Part shown: positions 23,650-35,414 of the stretch, in pieces
Layout of the letters: each line of letters begins with the position of its first letter
Numbering within the stretch: the stretch's first letter is position 1
Assembly: GCF_004010195.1 (NCBI RefSeq)
Contig: NC_057754.1
Coordinates: 10,410,831 to 10,462,538, forward strand
Direction: 5' to 3'
Origin: Chiloscyllium plagiosum
Taxonomy: Eukaryota
DNA length: 51,708 nt
The notes under the pieces: model-generated
Seen by the model: only the letters and a program-made list of their open reading frames with translations
Told to the model about the DNA's origin: nothing
Databases searched by the model: none
Translations under genes and position numbers: made by a program

Positions 23650-25107
23650 ATGGAGTCGCCTATTTTATCACAAATGGAACGTGATCACATTTTAAACATT
23701 GAAGGAAAAAACTTCATTCACACTGGAGATAAACCGCACACTTGTGTGTGTGGACAAGGCTTCAGCCAATCATCAGAGCTCACAAACCACAAATGCAGTC
23801 ACACTGGGGAGAAACTCTGGAAATGTGGGGATTGTGGGGAGGAATGCATTTCCCCTTCTGAGCTTGAAACTCATCGGCGCAGTCACACTAGTAACAGGCC
23901 ATTCACCTGCACAGTGTGTGGGAAGGGATTCACTCAATCATCTAACCTGCTGCAACACCAGCTCGTTCACACTGAGGAGAGACCATTTCAATGCCTGGAT
24001 TGCGGGAAGTGCTGTAAAAACTCAGGGGGACTGCTATGCCATCAACGCATTCATACTGCAGACAGACCATTTCAGTGCCCAGACTGTGGAAAATGCTTTA
24101 AAACATCCAGGGACTTGACGTCCCATCAACATGCTCACATTAGTGAGAGACCATTTAAATGTGCAGACTGTGGAAAATGTTATAAAACCTCTGGGGACTT
24201 GACGTCCCATCAACATGCTCACACTAATGAGAGACCTTTTAAATGCTCAGACTGTGGAAAATACTATAAAACGTCTGGGGACCTGATGGCCCATCAACGT
24301 GCTCACACGGAGGAGAGACCTTTTAAGTGCCCAAACTGTGGGATGTGTTATAAAACTCCCAGGGACCTAATGTCCCACCAACTTGCTCACATTAATGAGA
24401 GACCTTTTAAATGCCCAGCCTGTGGGAAATGCTACAAAACCTCCAGAGATCTGATGTCCCACCAACGTGTTCACTCTGAGGAGAAAGCGTTTAGGTGCTC
24501 TCTCTGTGGGACTGGGTTCAGGCGATCATCTGACCTCATGGAGCACCAGCAGGTTCACACTGGGAAGAAACCGTTCAGTTGCTCAGAGTGTGGGAGGGGA
24601 TTCACTCGTTCATCCAACCTGCTGAGACACCAGCAAGTTCACACTGCGGAGAGATCGTTTACATGCCCAGACTGTGGGAAGTGCTACACGAGCTCCTGGG
24701 GACTGACTTGTCATCAGCGTGTTCACACTGAGGAGAGACCGTTCAAATGCTCTGACTGTGGAAAGTGCTTTAGGAATTCTGTGGAACTGATGTCCCATCA
24801 ACGTGTTCACACCGAGGAGAGACCTTTTAAATGCTCAGACTGTGGGAATCACTTTGCAAGTTCCTGGGGACTGTTTTATCATCAACGTGTTCATATTGAG
24901 GACAGACCTTTCAAATGTGTAGTGTGTGGGAAGTGCTACCGAAGTTCTGTGGAATTGATGTCCCATCAACATGTTCACATGATGAGAGACCTTTCAGGTG
25001 CTTTCATTGTGGGACTGGGTTCAGGTGATCATCTCAACTCTCAGTACACCAGTGAGTTCACACCAGGGAGAAAAAATGTACCTGCTCAGTGTGAGAAAAA
25101 CAGTTAG
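23650..25107 (+). CDS. Tandem C2H2 zinc-finger protein, 15 fingers (first degenerate), no KRAB/SCAN/BTB seen
   Basis: Open frame with CxxC-x12-H-x3-H units and TEERP-type linkers; splice acceptor TTTCACAG ending 23601; first in-frame ATG 23650; AATAAA 25310-25315. Confidence 0.9.
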   Translation: MESPILSQMERDHILNIEGKNFIHTGDKPHTCVCGQGFSQSSELTNHKCSHTGEKLWKCGDCGEECISPSELETHRRSHTSNRPFTCTVCGKGFTQSSNLLQHQLVHTEERPFQCLDCGKCCKNSGGLLCHQRIHTADRPFQCPDCGKCFKTSRDLTSHQHAHISERPFKCADCGKCYKTSGDLTSHQHAHTNERPFKCSDCGKYYKTSGDLMAHQRAHTEERPFKCPNCGMCYKTPRDLMSHQLAHINERPFKCPACGKCYKTSRDLMSHQRVHSEEKAFRCSLCGTGFRRSSDLMEHQQVHTGKKPFSCSECGRGFTRSSNLLRHQQVHTAERSFTCPDCGKCYTSSWGLTCHQRVHTEERPFKCSDCGKCFRNSVELMSHQRVHTEERPFKCSDCGNHFASSWGLFYHQRVHIEDRPFKCVVCGKCYRSSVELMSHQHVHMMRDLSGAFIVGLGSGDHLNSQYTSEFTPGRKNVPAQCEKNS

Positions 25108-25359
25108 CTCACTCATCGACCCTGCTGAACAGCAGAGAGATCACATTGGGGGATATACCATTCACCTGCTCCATGTGGGGGAAGGAATTCACTGACTCAT
25201 CAACCCTGCTGAAACAGCACAGAGTATACACATCTCAACAGCAATTGGACCTAGCAGTTCATCCAGTTCAGGACTGAAAGCAAAGTTTTAATATTCTTGA
25301 TAAAAGTCAAATAAATCAGCTTTGTTATAAATGCCATTTGGCAGGTCATTGTAAGGATG

Positions 25360-26470
25360 TGATCATAATGTACTTGGAAGAATCAGCATGGCTTTGTCCA
25401 GGGGTAATCATGCCTGACAAATCAGTTAGAATTCTTTGAGGGTATAACGAGGAAGTTAGATAAACGAGAGCCAGTAAATGCATTCTGTTTTGATTTCCAG
25501 AAGCCAATGGACAGGGGGTCATACGGGAAGCTGCTAAATAAGAGTTAGTAGCAAGGCACTGTCAAGGATTGACGATTGGCTGACTCTTAGAATGCAGAGA
25601 GTTGGGATAAAGGGGTCATTTTCAGAATGATAGCTGGATGATGAGTGGAGTCAACAGGGGTCAGTGTTGGTACAACAACTATTCACGTTATACATTAATG
25701 ATCTGAACAAAAATTGAGGACATTGTTGCTAAATTTGCAGATGGCACAATGATCGGTGGAGGGACAGGTTGGAAAGAGGAAGTAGAAAGGCTTCAGAATG
25801 ACTTGAAGAGTAGTTAAAGAAATGGCAGGTGGAATACATCATGGGAAAGTGTAAGGTTATACATTGGTCAGAAGAGTAGAGGCATAGGCTATTTTCTGAT
25901 TGGAAAAATCTTCAGAAATCTGAAGTGCAAAGGGTCTTGGGAGTTCTAGTTCAGGATTCTGTTAAGATTTTCATGCAGGGTCACCTCGTGGCTAGGAAGG
26001 CAAATGCAATGTAGGCATTCATTTCAAGAGAGCTAGAAAACAAGAGCAGAGATACACTGCTGAGGTTATGAAAGGCTCTGGTCCGACCTCATTTGGAATA
26101 TTGTCAGTAGTTTCCAGCCCAGTATTTTAAGGAAAACTGGGATGAATAGGGTAAATAGACAAGGTCTTTTTCCTGGGGTGGGAGAGTCCAGAACTAGAGA
26201 GCATAGGTTTAGGGTGAGAGGGGAAAGATGTAAAAGGGACCTAAGGAGTAGAGGGTGGTGCGTGTATGAATGAGCTGCTAGGAGAAGTGGTGGGGGCTGG
26301 TAAACTCCAACATTTAAAAGGCATCTGGATGAGTATATGAATAGAAAGTGTTTAGAGGGCTATGGGCCAAATGCTGGCAAATGGGACTAGATTAGGTTAG
26401 GATATCTGGTTCACATGAATGAATTGGACCAAGGGGTCTGGTTCCGTGCTGTACGTCTCTATGACTCTGT
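25360..26470 (+). mobile_element. CR1 LINE 3' portion(s)
   Basis: Degenerate RT (DFQKP, KFAD, KWQVE) and CR1 3'UTR with TCTATGAC tail. Confidence 0.8.
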
Positions 26471-26479
26471 GCTGGTATT

Positions 26480-26720
26480 GGAGGGATTCGGCAGATACAT
26501 CTTCCGGGATTGCTCTGCACAAGTTTTTGAATTTCTTGGAGCTTTTCCAGTGACACCGATCTTGGAAATCTCTCCCCACAGAAACAATAAACAAACCTTT
26601 TACTTTGTATGGTGAAAGGCTGAATGATAGTGAGGTGCTGGTGAATGGAGTGACTCTGTTTGATGTTGCTGTATTATTTGGTTGGAATTGACGATCTGGA
26701 AATGCATCCCATTGAAAATG
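26480..26720 (-). pseudogene. ZNF pseudogene remnant (leader exon start plus a degenerate first finger)
   Basis: Acceptor TCTTTGTACAG; FQIVNSNQIIQQHQTESLHS leader; FVYCFCGERFPRSVSLEK finger relic. Confidence 0.55.
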
Positions 26721-27414
26721 CTGTACAAAGAGTGGACAGAAAGCAGTCCAACCATCAGGCCAGAGTGAAATCCTCCATCCAATTTGGCAGTGGAGTATTG
26801 CTCCTCATCAGAGTCCGTCCGCATTTCTTTCTTTTGGTTCTTTGATTTTTGAATCTCAGTCGTGGAGACAGTGATGGCAGTGGCTGGGGGCTTTTGACGG
26901 TTGGCTATGAGGTGCTGAATCCAGTTAATGGCATCGAGGCTTCATCAATGTCTGTAGTAGTGCTCGAGCTGGACTCTGCAGTGGAATGGCTGATGCAGCA
27001 ATGGAGCATGGTTGCCAATGGGACCCAGTGAGAGCGGTAGTAGCAGCGAAGGATGATAGCAACGATGAAGCCTGGTATGCCCCATGAAGGTTGGCGGCAG
27101 CAGTCAGCGCTGAGGACAGTTGGCAGACAACAGGCGAATCTTGCCCAGTGTGGGGAAAGCATTCCTCAGGCCAGTGCTCTTGGGGAAAGCTGAGCTTGGA
27201 GTGTCTGCACGCCCATGGCTTAAGAAAAACCTGTAGTATTTGACTTTTTAAGTTTTTCTGAGTTTAAAAGGTAAAAATAACAATGTAGTGCTGAACATTT
27301 TAACTCCTTTATTTTTCAACAACAAATTGAAAACAACAAATGCTACAGAACACAGCGGGTCAGCCAGCATCCATGGAGAGACAGCAAGCTAATGTGTTGA
27401 GTCTGCATGAATTT

Positions 27415-27940
27415 TCATGACTTTGATATCTGCATCAGTAGTTGCAGAGACATTCTATTTTGTTCAAAAAGCACAAAGCTGTAGGCAATTAATCCATGTG
27501 ATGTTTTACAAATTCCTACGTTGGAAGTGGAAGCAGTCTGACTCAAGGTTGGAATACAGACAGACTCTAACCTCACACCTTTAATGCATTGTCTGAGCTG
27601 AGATGTCACTTTTTTTCTTTTTAAAAATAAAACCTTAAGGTATCTCTGGAATGTGACTTAAAAGAAGTTCTGGATTTGCATATTAATGAATCGAAACCTG
27701 CAACCGATTCTAAAAGGTGAAAGACTTAACTGCAATCTAGGTTTGTTCAATATATCACATCAGTTTTATGTCCTTTTGCTATAAATTGTGTCCTATAATC
27801 CTGCTCCACTAGCTACGTGACGAAGGAGCAGTGCTCCGAAAGCTTGTATGTCCAAATAAACTTGTTGGACTATAACCTGATGTTGTGTGATTTTTAACTC
27901 TGTCCATTCTAGTCCAATACTGGCACCTCCATATCATTGG
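27415..27940 (+). mobile_element. Penelope-type family B 3' end with degenerate hammerhead
   Basis: Ends in the same ...GAAAGCT...GGACTATAACCTG...CTCCATATCAT block as 8938-9066. Confidence 0.65.
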
Positions 27941-27944
27941 TATC

Positions 27945-28252
27945 AGCATCACGGGCTCAGTGGTTAGCACTGCAGTGTCAGTGCTCGGGACCCGGGTTTG
28001 ATTCCAGCCTCTGGCGATTGTCTGTGGAGTTTGCACATTCTCCCTGTGTCTGTGTGGGTTTCCTCCAATAATCCAAAGATGTGCAGGTTAAGTGCTTTCT
28101 TAAATTAAGGCCTTGCTAAATTGCCCATCATGTTCAGTAATGTGTAGGTTGGGTGCATTAGTCAGGGGTGAAAATAAGATAGGGGAATGGGTCTGGGTGG
28201 GTTACTCTTCGGAGGATCAGCCTGTTCCCATACTATAGGAATTCTATGATTC
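27945..28252 (+). mobile_element. HE1/V-SINE (older copy)
   Basis: A/B boxes, V-domain, tail. Confidence 0.8.
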
Positions 28253-28726
28253 TTCTACGATCATCAATGCTGTCTGACCGGCTGTGATCTCCAGCATCTG
28301 TTTTATTTTCTGTACGGATTCCAGCATCTGCAGTAATTTGCTCCTCTTTATTTTTCAACTTCTGGAACTAAGATTTTGTACCTAAGTTGCTGCTGTTTGG
28401 GGTGATATTGTCTACTTCTCTACTTTTTTTTTAATGGGCAATACCTGAGTGCACATCATAATGACACCTAAACCTTATAAAATGCCTTCAACTCATGGGG
28501 TGGGGGAAAATCTTATCGGTTCTGGTTTAATGCACAATTCATTCAGAATGGGAATTATTTCCTTTGGTTTAGTCAAATAAGTTTGAGTTTTGATGATGTG
28601 CACCTACCAGCAAGGGCTTGATCAGCTCTGGCAGTTTCCAGCACCAGTGAAAGATGCTAATAACTGAGGTTATATCACACTAAATTTTTGCTATAAATTC
28701 TGTGTTAAGATTGAGCCCTCCGCTAT

Positions 28727-28761
28727 CACCTGATGAAGGAGCGACACTCCGAAAGCTAGTG
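28727..28761 (+). ncRNA. Intact minimal hammerhead ribozyme motif (family B)
   Basis: CAC-CTGATGA-A-GGAG(CGACA)CTCC-GAA-AGCT-A/GTG: stem I CAC:GTG, palindromic AGCT, UA cleavage site. Confidence 0.75.
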
Positions 28762-28864
28762 TGCTTCCAATTAAACCTGTTGGACTATAACCTGGTGTTG
28801 TGTGATTAATAACTCAGTTTATTCACTAGAATAAACTGGTAGGTACACATCATCAAAACTTAGT

Positions 28865-29217
28865 GGGCGGCACGGTGGCACAGTGGTTAGCACTGCTGCC
28901 TCGCAGCGCCAGAGACCCGGGTTCAATTCCCGCCTCAGGCGACTGACTGTGTGGAGTTTGCACATTCTCCCCGTGTCTGCGTGGGTTTCCTCCGGGTGCT
29001 CCAGTTTCCTCCCACAGTCCAAAGATGTGCAGGTCAGGTGAATTGGCCATGTTAAATTGTCCGTAGTGTTAGGTAAGGGGTAAATGTAGGGGTATGGGTG
29101 GGTTGCGCTTCGGCGGGGCGGTGTGGACTTGTTGGGCCGAAGGGCCTGTTTCCACACTGTAAAGTAATCTAATCTAATCTTAAGTAATCTAATCTTAAAT
29201 AATCTAATCTAATCTAA
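28865..29217 (+). mobile_element. HE1/V-SINE (young, full length)
   Basis: GGGCGGCACGGTGGCACAGTGGTTAGC...GGTTCAATTCCC; V-domain; (AATCT)n tail. Confidence 0.92.
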
Positions 29218-29429
29218 GACCTTTCTGGTGCACAACGGTTGAATGACTCAATGGGCTATTCAATTTCACACTTTGAAATTGATTTATTCTTCTTCCTATT
29301 CCCCCATCAATTGAGGGAGCTTAATCTCATAGAGCAAAAAAACGAATAAAATATCAAATTGTCCATCAAAAAAAACCTAAACCTACAAAGTTCTGTCTCC
29401 AGCGAGTCAACATCTAACCCCACCCCTCA

Positions 29430-29870
29430 ACCACAGAGCCGTCTTCAATTTTCTGATTGGCTGGAGGATCAATAGATCCGGCTTTTAATCACGCCCCTTG
29501 CTTGCTATTGGCTGTAACAAGTTCTCAATCAGACGGACATGCGCACATTTAATTAGGTTCACGAGCGGTTTTGGGCGAGTGATGGCCTCAATGCCATATT
29601 TGTCACGGCGAGTGGTGACTGAAGCGCTCAGCGCAATATTCCAGTAAGAAAGTTTCATGATTGCCCAGTTTAGGTCTTAAGCCCCAAACGTAGGTTTTCT
29701 GGGTCCGCGATTTAAGCCGCAGAAGAGCCTCAGGCTTCTTTCGTGAAGCAGGTGCCGGTTAACGGCCGCCATTTTGGTTCAACCGGAGGCGGTGTGCGCA
29801 GGCGCGGGTTTGAATGGTGACGTGATTTAGTGGGCGTGTCGGGTAGTTCCCCCGCCCTCTTCCTTTGGGA
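29430..29870. promoter_or_regulatory. Second CpG-island promoter
   Basis: ATTGG at 29456 and 29507; NRF1-like 29538 and 29795; YY1 CGGCCGCCATTTT 29763-29775; TGACGT 29818; GC boxes 29832-29858. Confidence 0.65.
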
Positions 29871-29939
29871 GGTTTTACTGTTGTAAAAGGAGAGATGATA
29901 TAAAGCTAGATGTGATAAAAAGAAGCAAAATCATCAGAA

Positions 29940-30200
29940 ACCACCAGTAAAATTTACAGGTGTCTCAGCAGCTGGATGTCTGACTGAACTCTTCCTGCAC
30001 ATGGAGCAGGGTCTTTCCCCAGTGTGGCTGTGCCAGCTCAGGTGAGTCACTCAAGTGTATCCCTGTCATTGTCCTGATATTATCAGTTATCTCCATAATG
30101 TCGGTAACTTTTTCTCTCCTGGCTGGATGATCAGATAAATTCTAATCCAATCGACAGAACACCCATATAGTTTCTCTCACCTGTACGTGGTGTGATTTTA
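29940..30200 (-). pseudogene. Highly decayed ZNF remnant
   Basis: Minus strand HSHTGERPCSMC...FSQTSS(L)LRH with frameshifts. Confidence 0.55.
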
Positions 30201-30205
30201 TTTCA

Positions 30206-31156
30206 GGGAGAAAGTGAGGACTGCAGATGCTGGAGATCAGAGTTGAGCAGGAGAATCGACATTTCGGGTGTAAGCCCTTCATCAGCAATGAGGCTTCTGG
30301 GCCAGGGGCTGAGAGATAAATGGGAAGGTGGGGGTGGGGCTTGGGTGGAGGTAGCTGAGAATGCAATAGGTGGATGAAGGGTGGGGAGAAGGTGATAGGT
30401 CAAATAGGAAGGTGGAGCGGATAGATGGGAAGGACGACAGGTCAAGAGGGCGGTGACGAGTTGTAGGTTTGGGACTGGGATAAGATGGGGGATGGGGAAG
30501 TGAGGAAACTGGTGAAATCCACATTAATCTCGTGGTTGCAGGGTCCCAAGGCGGAAAGTCAGTTGCTCTTCTTCCAGGCATCGGGTAGTTAGGGCTTGGC
30601 GACAGAGGAGGCCCAGGACCTGCATATCCTGTGGGGTGGGGGGGGTTTGAAGTATTCAGCCATGTTGGTTCCCGTGTTCCAGTTATATTCTCTGAAACGA
30701 TCCACAAGTTGGCGTCCTGTCTCCCCAATGTAGAGGAGACCACATCAGGTGCAATGGATACGGTAGATGACATTGGTGGAAGTAAATTTTTGTTGAATGT
30801 GGAAGTATCCTTTACCCCAAGGCCTCATCTTCCACCTTGGCACACTGCAACCACATGGTATTAATATGCATTTCACCAGTTTCCTCATTCCCCCCCCATC
30901 CCAGTCCCAAGCCTCCAACTCGGCAGCACCCTCTTGACCTGTCCATCAACAATCCCATCTATCTGCTCCACTCTTCTCTCCAACTTATCACCTCCCTGAC
31001 CTTCATCTACCTTTTGCATTCTCAGCTACCTTCACCCAAGTGTCAGCCCCCTGACCCACAAGCCTCATTCCTGATGAAGGGCTTATACTCGAAACATCGA
31101 TTCTCCTGCTCCTCGGATTCTGTCTGACCTGCTGTGCTTTTCCTGTACCACACTCA
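30206..31156 (-). mobile_element. Penelope-like element (family A): GIY-YIG end plus inverted terminal copy
   Basis: VIYRIHCT*CGLLYIGETGR on minus strand near 30700-30770; 13-bp TSD TGATTTTATTTCA at 30193-30205 and 31157-31169. Confidence 0.85.
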
Positions 31157-31169
31157 TGATTTTATTTCA

Positions 31170-31772
31170 AAAACTTCCTGGCTGCCCACCTTCTACTCCA
31201 TCTGGTAGGCCAACGACCCGGATATTGATTCCCCTGCCTCCGTTTTCCAAGTCATCGACTTGCTCAGACAGGGCCCGAGCCTGTTCTTCAAGGGCGTGGA
31301 TTCGCCCCGCCGAAGACGCAACCTCGGTCTCTGACGCCGCTGTCGCCCTTCCCAAGCCATTCCAACTCCTTCTCCTGCTTTTGCAACATAGCGGAGGTGG
31401 GCTCCAGTTGATTCCGAGTCTCTTCCCTCATCTCCTGGATCAGCTGTCGGATCACTCCGAGTTCCTCCACGAAGTTCTGCTGCGCAGGCGTTTCTTTCAC
31501 AGCTGCAGAGGGAGCTGGAGCTGCTTCCCCAGTTGCAGTCTCAGGCCTGCCCGCTGTTTTCAAGAGTCCTGTGTGTTGAGACTTGGCCTTTTGCTTTCCC
31601 CTCAGTCATTCTTGCATGCTCGAAAAGGATTTAAACGGTTGTCTTACCTTTTAACAATACGTTTTTCCAAAAAAAAACTTAAGATGGGGGCTGAAAAAAT
31701 ATTATCTTGGGTTGGGGTGCAGAGCTCAGCAAGGCTGACCTATTCAGATCGCCACCATCTTGCATCCCCACC
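31170..31772 (-). mobile_element. L1 5'UTR and ORF1 N-terminal fragment
   Basis: GGGGATGCAAGATGGTGGCG 5' end; ATG 31609; coiled coil and DDLENGGRGINIRVVGLPDGVEG. Confidence 0.8.
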
Positions 31773-33537
31773 TGTGTTCTTTTGAGGACCACACATACAC
31801 AAATACAAACATTCTTGTAAATCAAACAGTAATTTTTATTTGTACAAGGGCTGGTTTTCCTACTGGTAGTAAGGTATTGATACCCTAAGGGTCAGTCTGA
31901 GAAGACCAAACGATTAGAATACACACAGTTTTGAGACATGTCTGGTTAGATGCAAATCGTTCTGTTTGGCAGTTGGATCAGGCAATGGGCTCGTGACACA
32001 TAGTCACAATATAGTAACAAGATTTACAGAGAACTGAACAAACAAGATGTAGTTACAAATTTACACATCTACTGACACCACATTGTGAAAAAGAACAAAA
32101 CAAGCGATCAGGTAAGCTGGAAAAATGGTCACTGCAGCTAGGCCTAATGAGATTACAATTTCAACCCTTTTACCAATCTTTTCCATCTTGCTCAATCTAC
32201 TGAGTGATGTTGTCAATTTGTTTTTCAGAATCGTCAGTCCATAAACAACAATCAGGTCCAATAACAGCACAGGCGCCTCCTTGAGCTGGTAGCACATAGT
32301 CCAACACCATCTGATTTTCTAAGTCCAGTGTCCTTATCTCTGATGTTTTCTGGTTCGCTAATCCCATTGCAATCGCAGTTTTATTTTCCATCTTGGCGAA
32401 TGCATGTGCCAACTCATTTAGTTCATAAAGAGCTGATACTGTACCACAATTTGGTCACATAGAAGCAAAGAAGTCCTGCTATCCAGAGTATTCACATTGC
32501 AGACTACGTTTGCTCCACTTTGTGTAGTGGTACCCTGTCCATTCAGATGATGGAGTGGGGGCCATTCCTGGGAGTCAAAAGGCAGGGACGTAATGCACCA
32601 AGGCATTAAAGTCAACGGGCAACCAGGAGTAAGCTGTATGGTTACACACCCATGTGGTCATTCCACACAATTCAGGCTGCATTTTTTATGACTGTATATT
32701 GGAACATGTGTAGCAGTGTGTTCTGTCCATGCTACCGACATTCGTGGCAATCTCCATCAAAGGCAGTTTCATCTCTGGCTGCTTCTTTATGCACATCTTG
32801 GTCTGTAATTATGTAATGGTAGTGGCTCGGGTAAGACCATCCTATCTTGGGTCTGCTTCCATTTGTTGACTCTATACACCAGTCAACAATTGGATGTATA
32901 GTGATGGGTATTCCTTTGGGTGCCTCCTGGCATCTCATATATTCTCGATCCTTCTGAGCTTTCCCTCCACATTTAATTTGGCACATTGGCAGTTTATCTC
33001 TTGTGGCATCACAGTGTTGTTGGCCATATGGATCATCTATGTGAAGGTGTAATAGTGCGCACACAGCACAGGCTGGGATTGGAGTCCCCTGAGTAGAGAA
33101 GCCAGCTCCAACTGACCGACCCAGGATGTGGAGTGTAGAAGATCTAATGTTTCTCAGGTACAGATCCATTGTTCTTACTCCTTACTGCTTGATGAACCTG
33201 CTGTAACCATTCACTGTTATAGGTTTGGACTTCCAAGTTGTAAACTAGTCAAATGCATACTTTGCACTTCCTTCCTTTGATATTGACAGCGTAATTAAAT
33301 CGAAAATCTCTTTGTCGTCTATGACCTGGCCCTTGAGGATAGTCGAAGAAATAAACCTTAATGGTTTGCTGAGCCATAAAAGTTCAACGTTTGCTTGGTG
33401 CACCATTAATTCCATTTAAGTGTTGTACTGAAATATCGCATGCACTATCATTAGTTGAAGCCAGTCAAAGTACAAAGACACAGTGCTTGTACCAGATTTG
33501 TATTTGTCAGGGTATTATTGGTATTCACACAGAAGAT

Positions 33538-34606
33538 TGTGGTATCTTCAAGGGCATGTGGGGTGGTGTTCAAATAACGACTGAGGTCAGTGAGTGGTGA
33601 AAGTAGCCTGAAGAAGGGCTCATGCCCGAAACGTCGATTCTTCTGCTCCTTGGATGCTGCCTGACCTGCTGCGCTTTTCCAGCAACACATTTTCAGCTCT
33701 GATCTCCAGCATCTGCAGTCCTCACTTTCTCCTCTTTATTCAGCAATTACAGCACAAGTTCAAGCTGGTATTGGAATCCCAAAATACAGTTCTTACAAGA
33801 GCCCCTTTATACACAGTATAACACATATGAAAATTCCATTACTTTGGTGTTACATTTTTTTATCTATAGTACACAAAGGTTTGAAGGACTTCTATCCTGG
33901 GAGACAGGAGATGGGTTAAAACTTACTAAATGCTGGCTGCTAATTCTGATGGGATTAACAATGGCTGTCTAGTCTGCTTGCGTAATTAAGAGATGTTAGT
34001 CCTTTTGCCTTTTAAATTAGTAAATGTTAGTAAAAATACTGGGCCTATACGCTTGAAATAATTTAGAAATAGTAATTAAACAAAGAATATTAAAGTGATG
34101 ACTGCAGTTGGGTGGTGAGATTTATTTACTATTTGCTGGTATGAGTTTCATTCATTCATGCAATTTCATGCAAGCCCTGTTTTGTCAGTTCGCTTCTTAA
34201 AAGGATAATGGTCCAGGTAAAAGGTAATTAACAGGTACAGGTACTTAATCCATTCAGGTCCAGGAGGTGCTTGGTAAGAGCTGATTAATATTATAATGTT
34301 TCGTGGAGAGTTGGTGGGGATGGTATTGTTCTGTATGCTGATAATGTGTGGAAATGCAATAATGGGTTTGAAAGGATTATTTTTAAATTGGATATTACAG
34401 AACCGCCGTTTTCTGAATGAATGGATGAAACCGTGTTATAGCAAATAATGAGTTTGTAAAGGGTTATGAATGAATGAATGAACGGGAATCCGGTATTAAT
34501 TAATACAGTGAGCAGGTGAGTGAGTTAATAAAGATAGCCTATAATACAATATCTCACAGGCACTTTGATTTAATGCATGTATGCAATAGGTACGAATACT
34601 TCTACA
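33538..34606 (-). mobile_element. Solo LTR inserted in env SU (contains a Penelope A insert at 33606-33733)
   Basis: TGT...ACA termini; TATAAA 33806-33811 and AATAAA 33735-33740 on minus strand; flanks GAAG(A)T/GAAGT; env frame rejoins PAPDFC|VNTNN. Confidence 0.6.
33605..33638 (+). ncRNA. Hammerhead motif with intact core (family A)
   Basis: CTGAAGA-A-GGGC(TCAT)GCCC-GAA-ACGT-C/GA; 5' stem I truncated by the insertion junction. Confidence 0.6.
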
Positions 34607-35206
34607 GAAGTCAGGGGCTGGTGAATTAGTGGAGAACAGGCAGATAGTTGGTATTGGGGCACTATCATCTGTGTCTGATCTGTAGATATTGCCAGCTCTC
34701 ACTTACTCCCAGCCTGAGGACTAATATCCCGATAATATAGAATAGTCTTACCTTTATGATAGCACCTTTTTACAGTGACTAAAATGTATCCACTTACGTT
34801 TTTTGTTTTATTTTGCAGTTGGTGTCATTAGCAGGACATCATATGGTCCTTCCCATCTGGGCATCAATGCCTTTTGGTTCAATGTCTTAACCACTATTTG
34901 ATCCCCTGGTTGGGAGTCAAGATTTAATGATTCTGCAGGTAGTAGTACCTCCTGCACCTCTGCCATCTGGAAATGATACTTTGTCATAGCATGAGTTGAA
35001 TTCACCAAGCATTTCATTATCTCTTGCATGCAACTCTCTAAACCAACTAGGCTTAATCTGATAGGGAGCCAGTAGTGGCCTTCTAAAGACAACTTCTGCT
35101 GGAGTTAGTTTCATTTGCTTCTGGGGAAGGGTTCGTATTATCACTGAGCATCTCCAGCCAGGATCTGCTCGATTCTTGCTTCAGCTTAGCTAACAATGTT
35201 TTTGAG

Positions 35207-35414
35207 TTAAAAATCACACAACACCAGGTTATAGTCCAACAGATTTAAATGGAAGCACACTAGCTTTTGGAGCGACGCTCCTTCATCAGGTCTATCACCA
35301 GAGCGTCGCTCCGAAAGCTAGTGTGCTTCCAATTAAACCCGTTGGACTATAACCTGGTGTTGTGTGATTTTTAACTTTGTACACTCCAGTCCAACACCAG
35401 CATCTCCAAATCAT
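35207..35414. mobile_element. Palindromic Penelope-type family B insert in ERV integrase
   Basis: 12-bp TSD AATGTTTTTGAG at 35195-35206 and 35415-35426; same layout as 8850-9066. Confidence 0.85.

Larger units (their letters stand above)
32061..34750 (-). pseudogene. env: Retroviral env (gamma-type), disrupted
   Basis: Hydrophobic leader LFYIIGILVL; CAVC; WSKR (probably RSKR) furin site; ISD LENQMVLDYVL; CAVIGPDCC (CX6CC); TM anchor. Confidence 0.85.

Noticed and set aside
21000..25107. SCAN-ZNF fusion gene formed from gag plus the finger exon
   Set aside because: gag is on the opposite strand and is frameshifted
26792..26811. Minus-strand CTGATGA-GGAG..CTCC as a hammerhead
   Set aside because: No GAAA follows stem II
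28865..28940. tRNA gene (also at 20285, 27945, 38890 and 46195)
   Set aside because: tRNA-like head of the HE1/V-SINE, followed by SINE body and tail
31156..31785. 209-aa + strand ORF as a gene
   Set aside because: Antisense shadow of L1 ORF1
34496..34702. Retroviral accessory ORF between pol and env
   Set aside because: Chimera of the env N-terminus and the solo-LTR end
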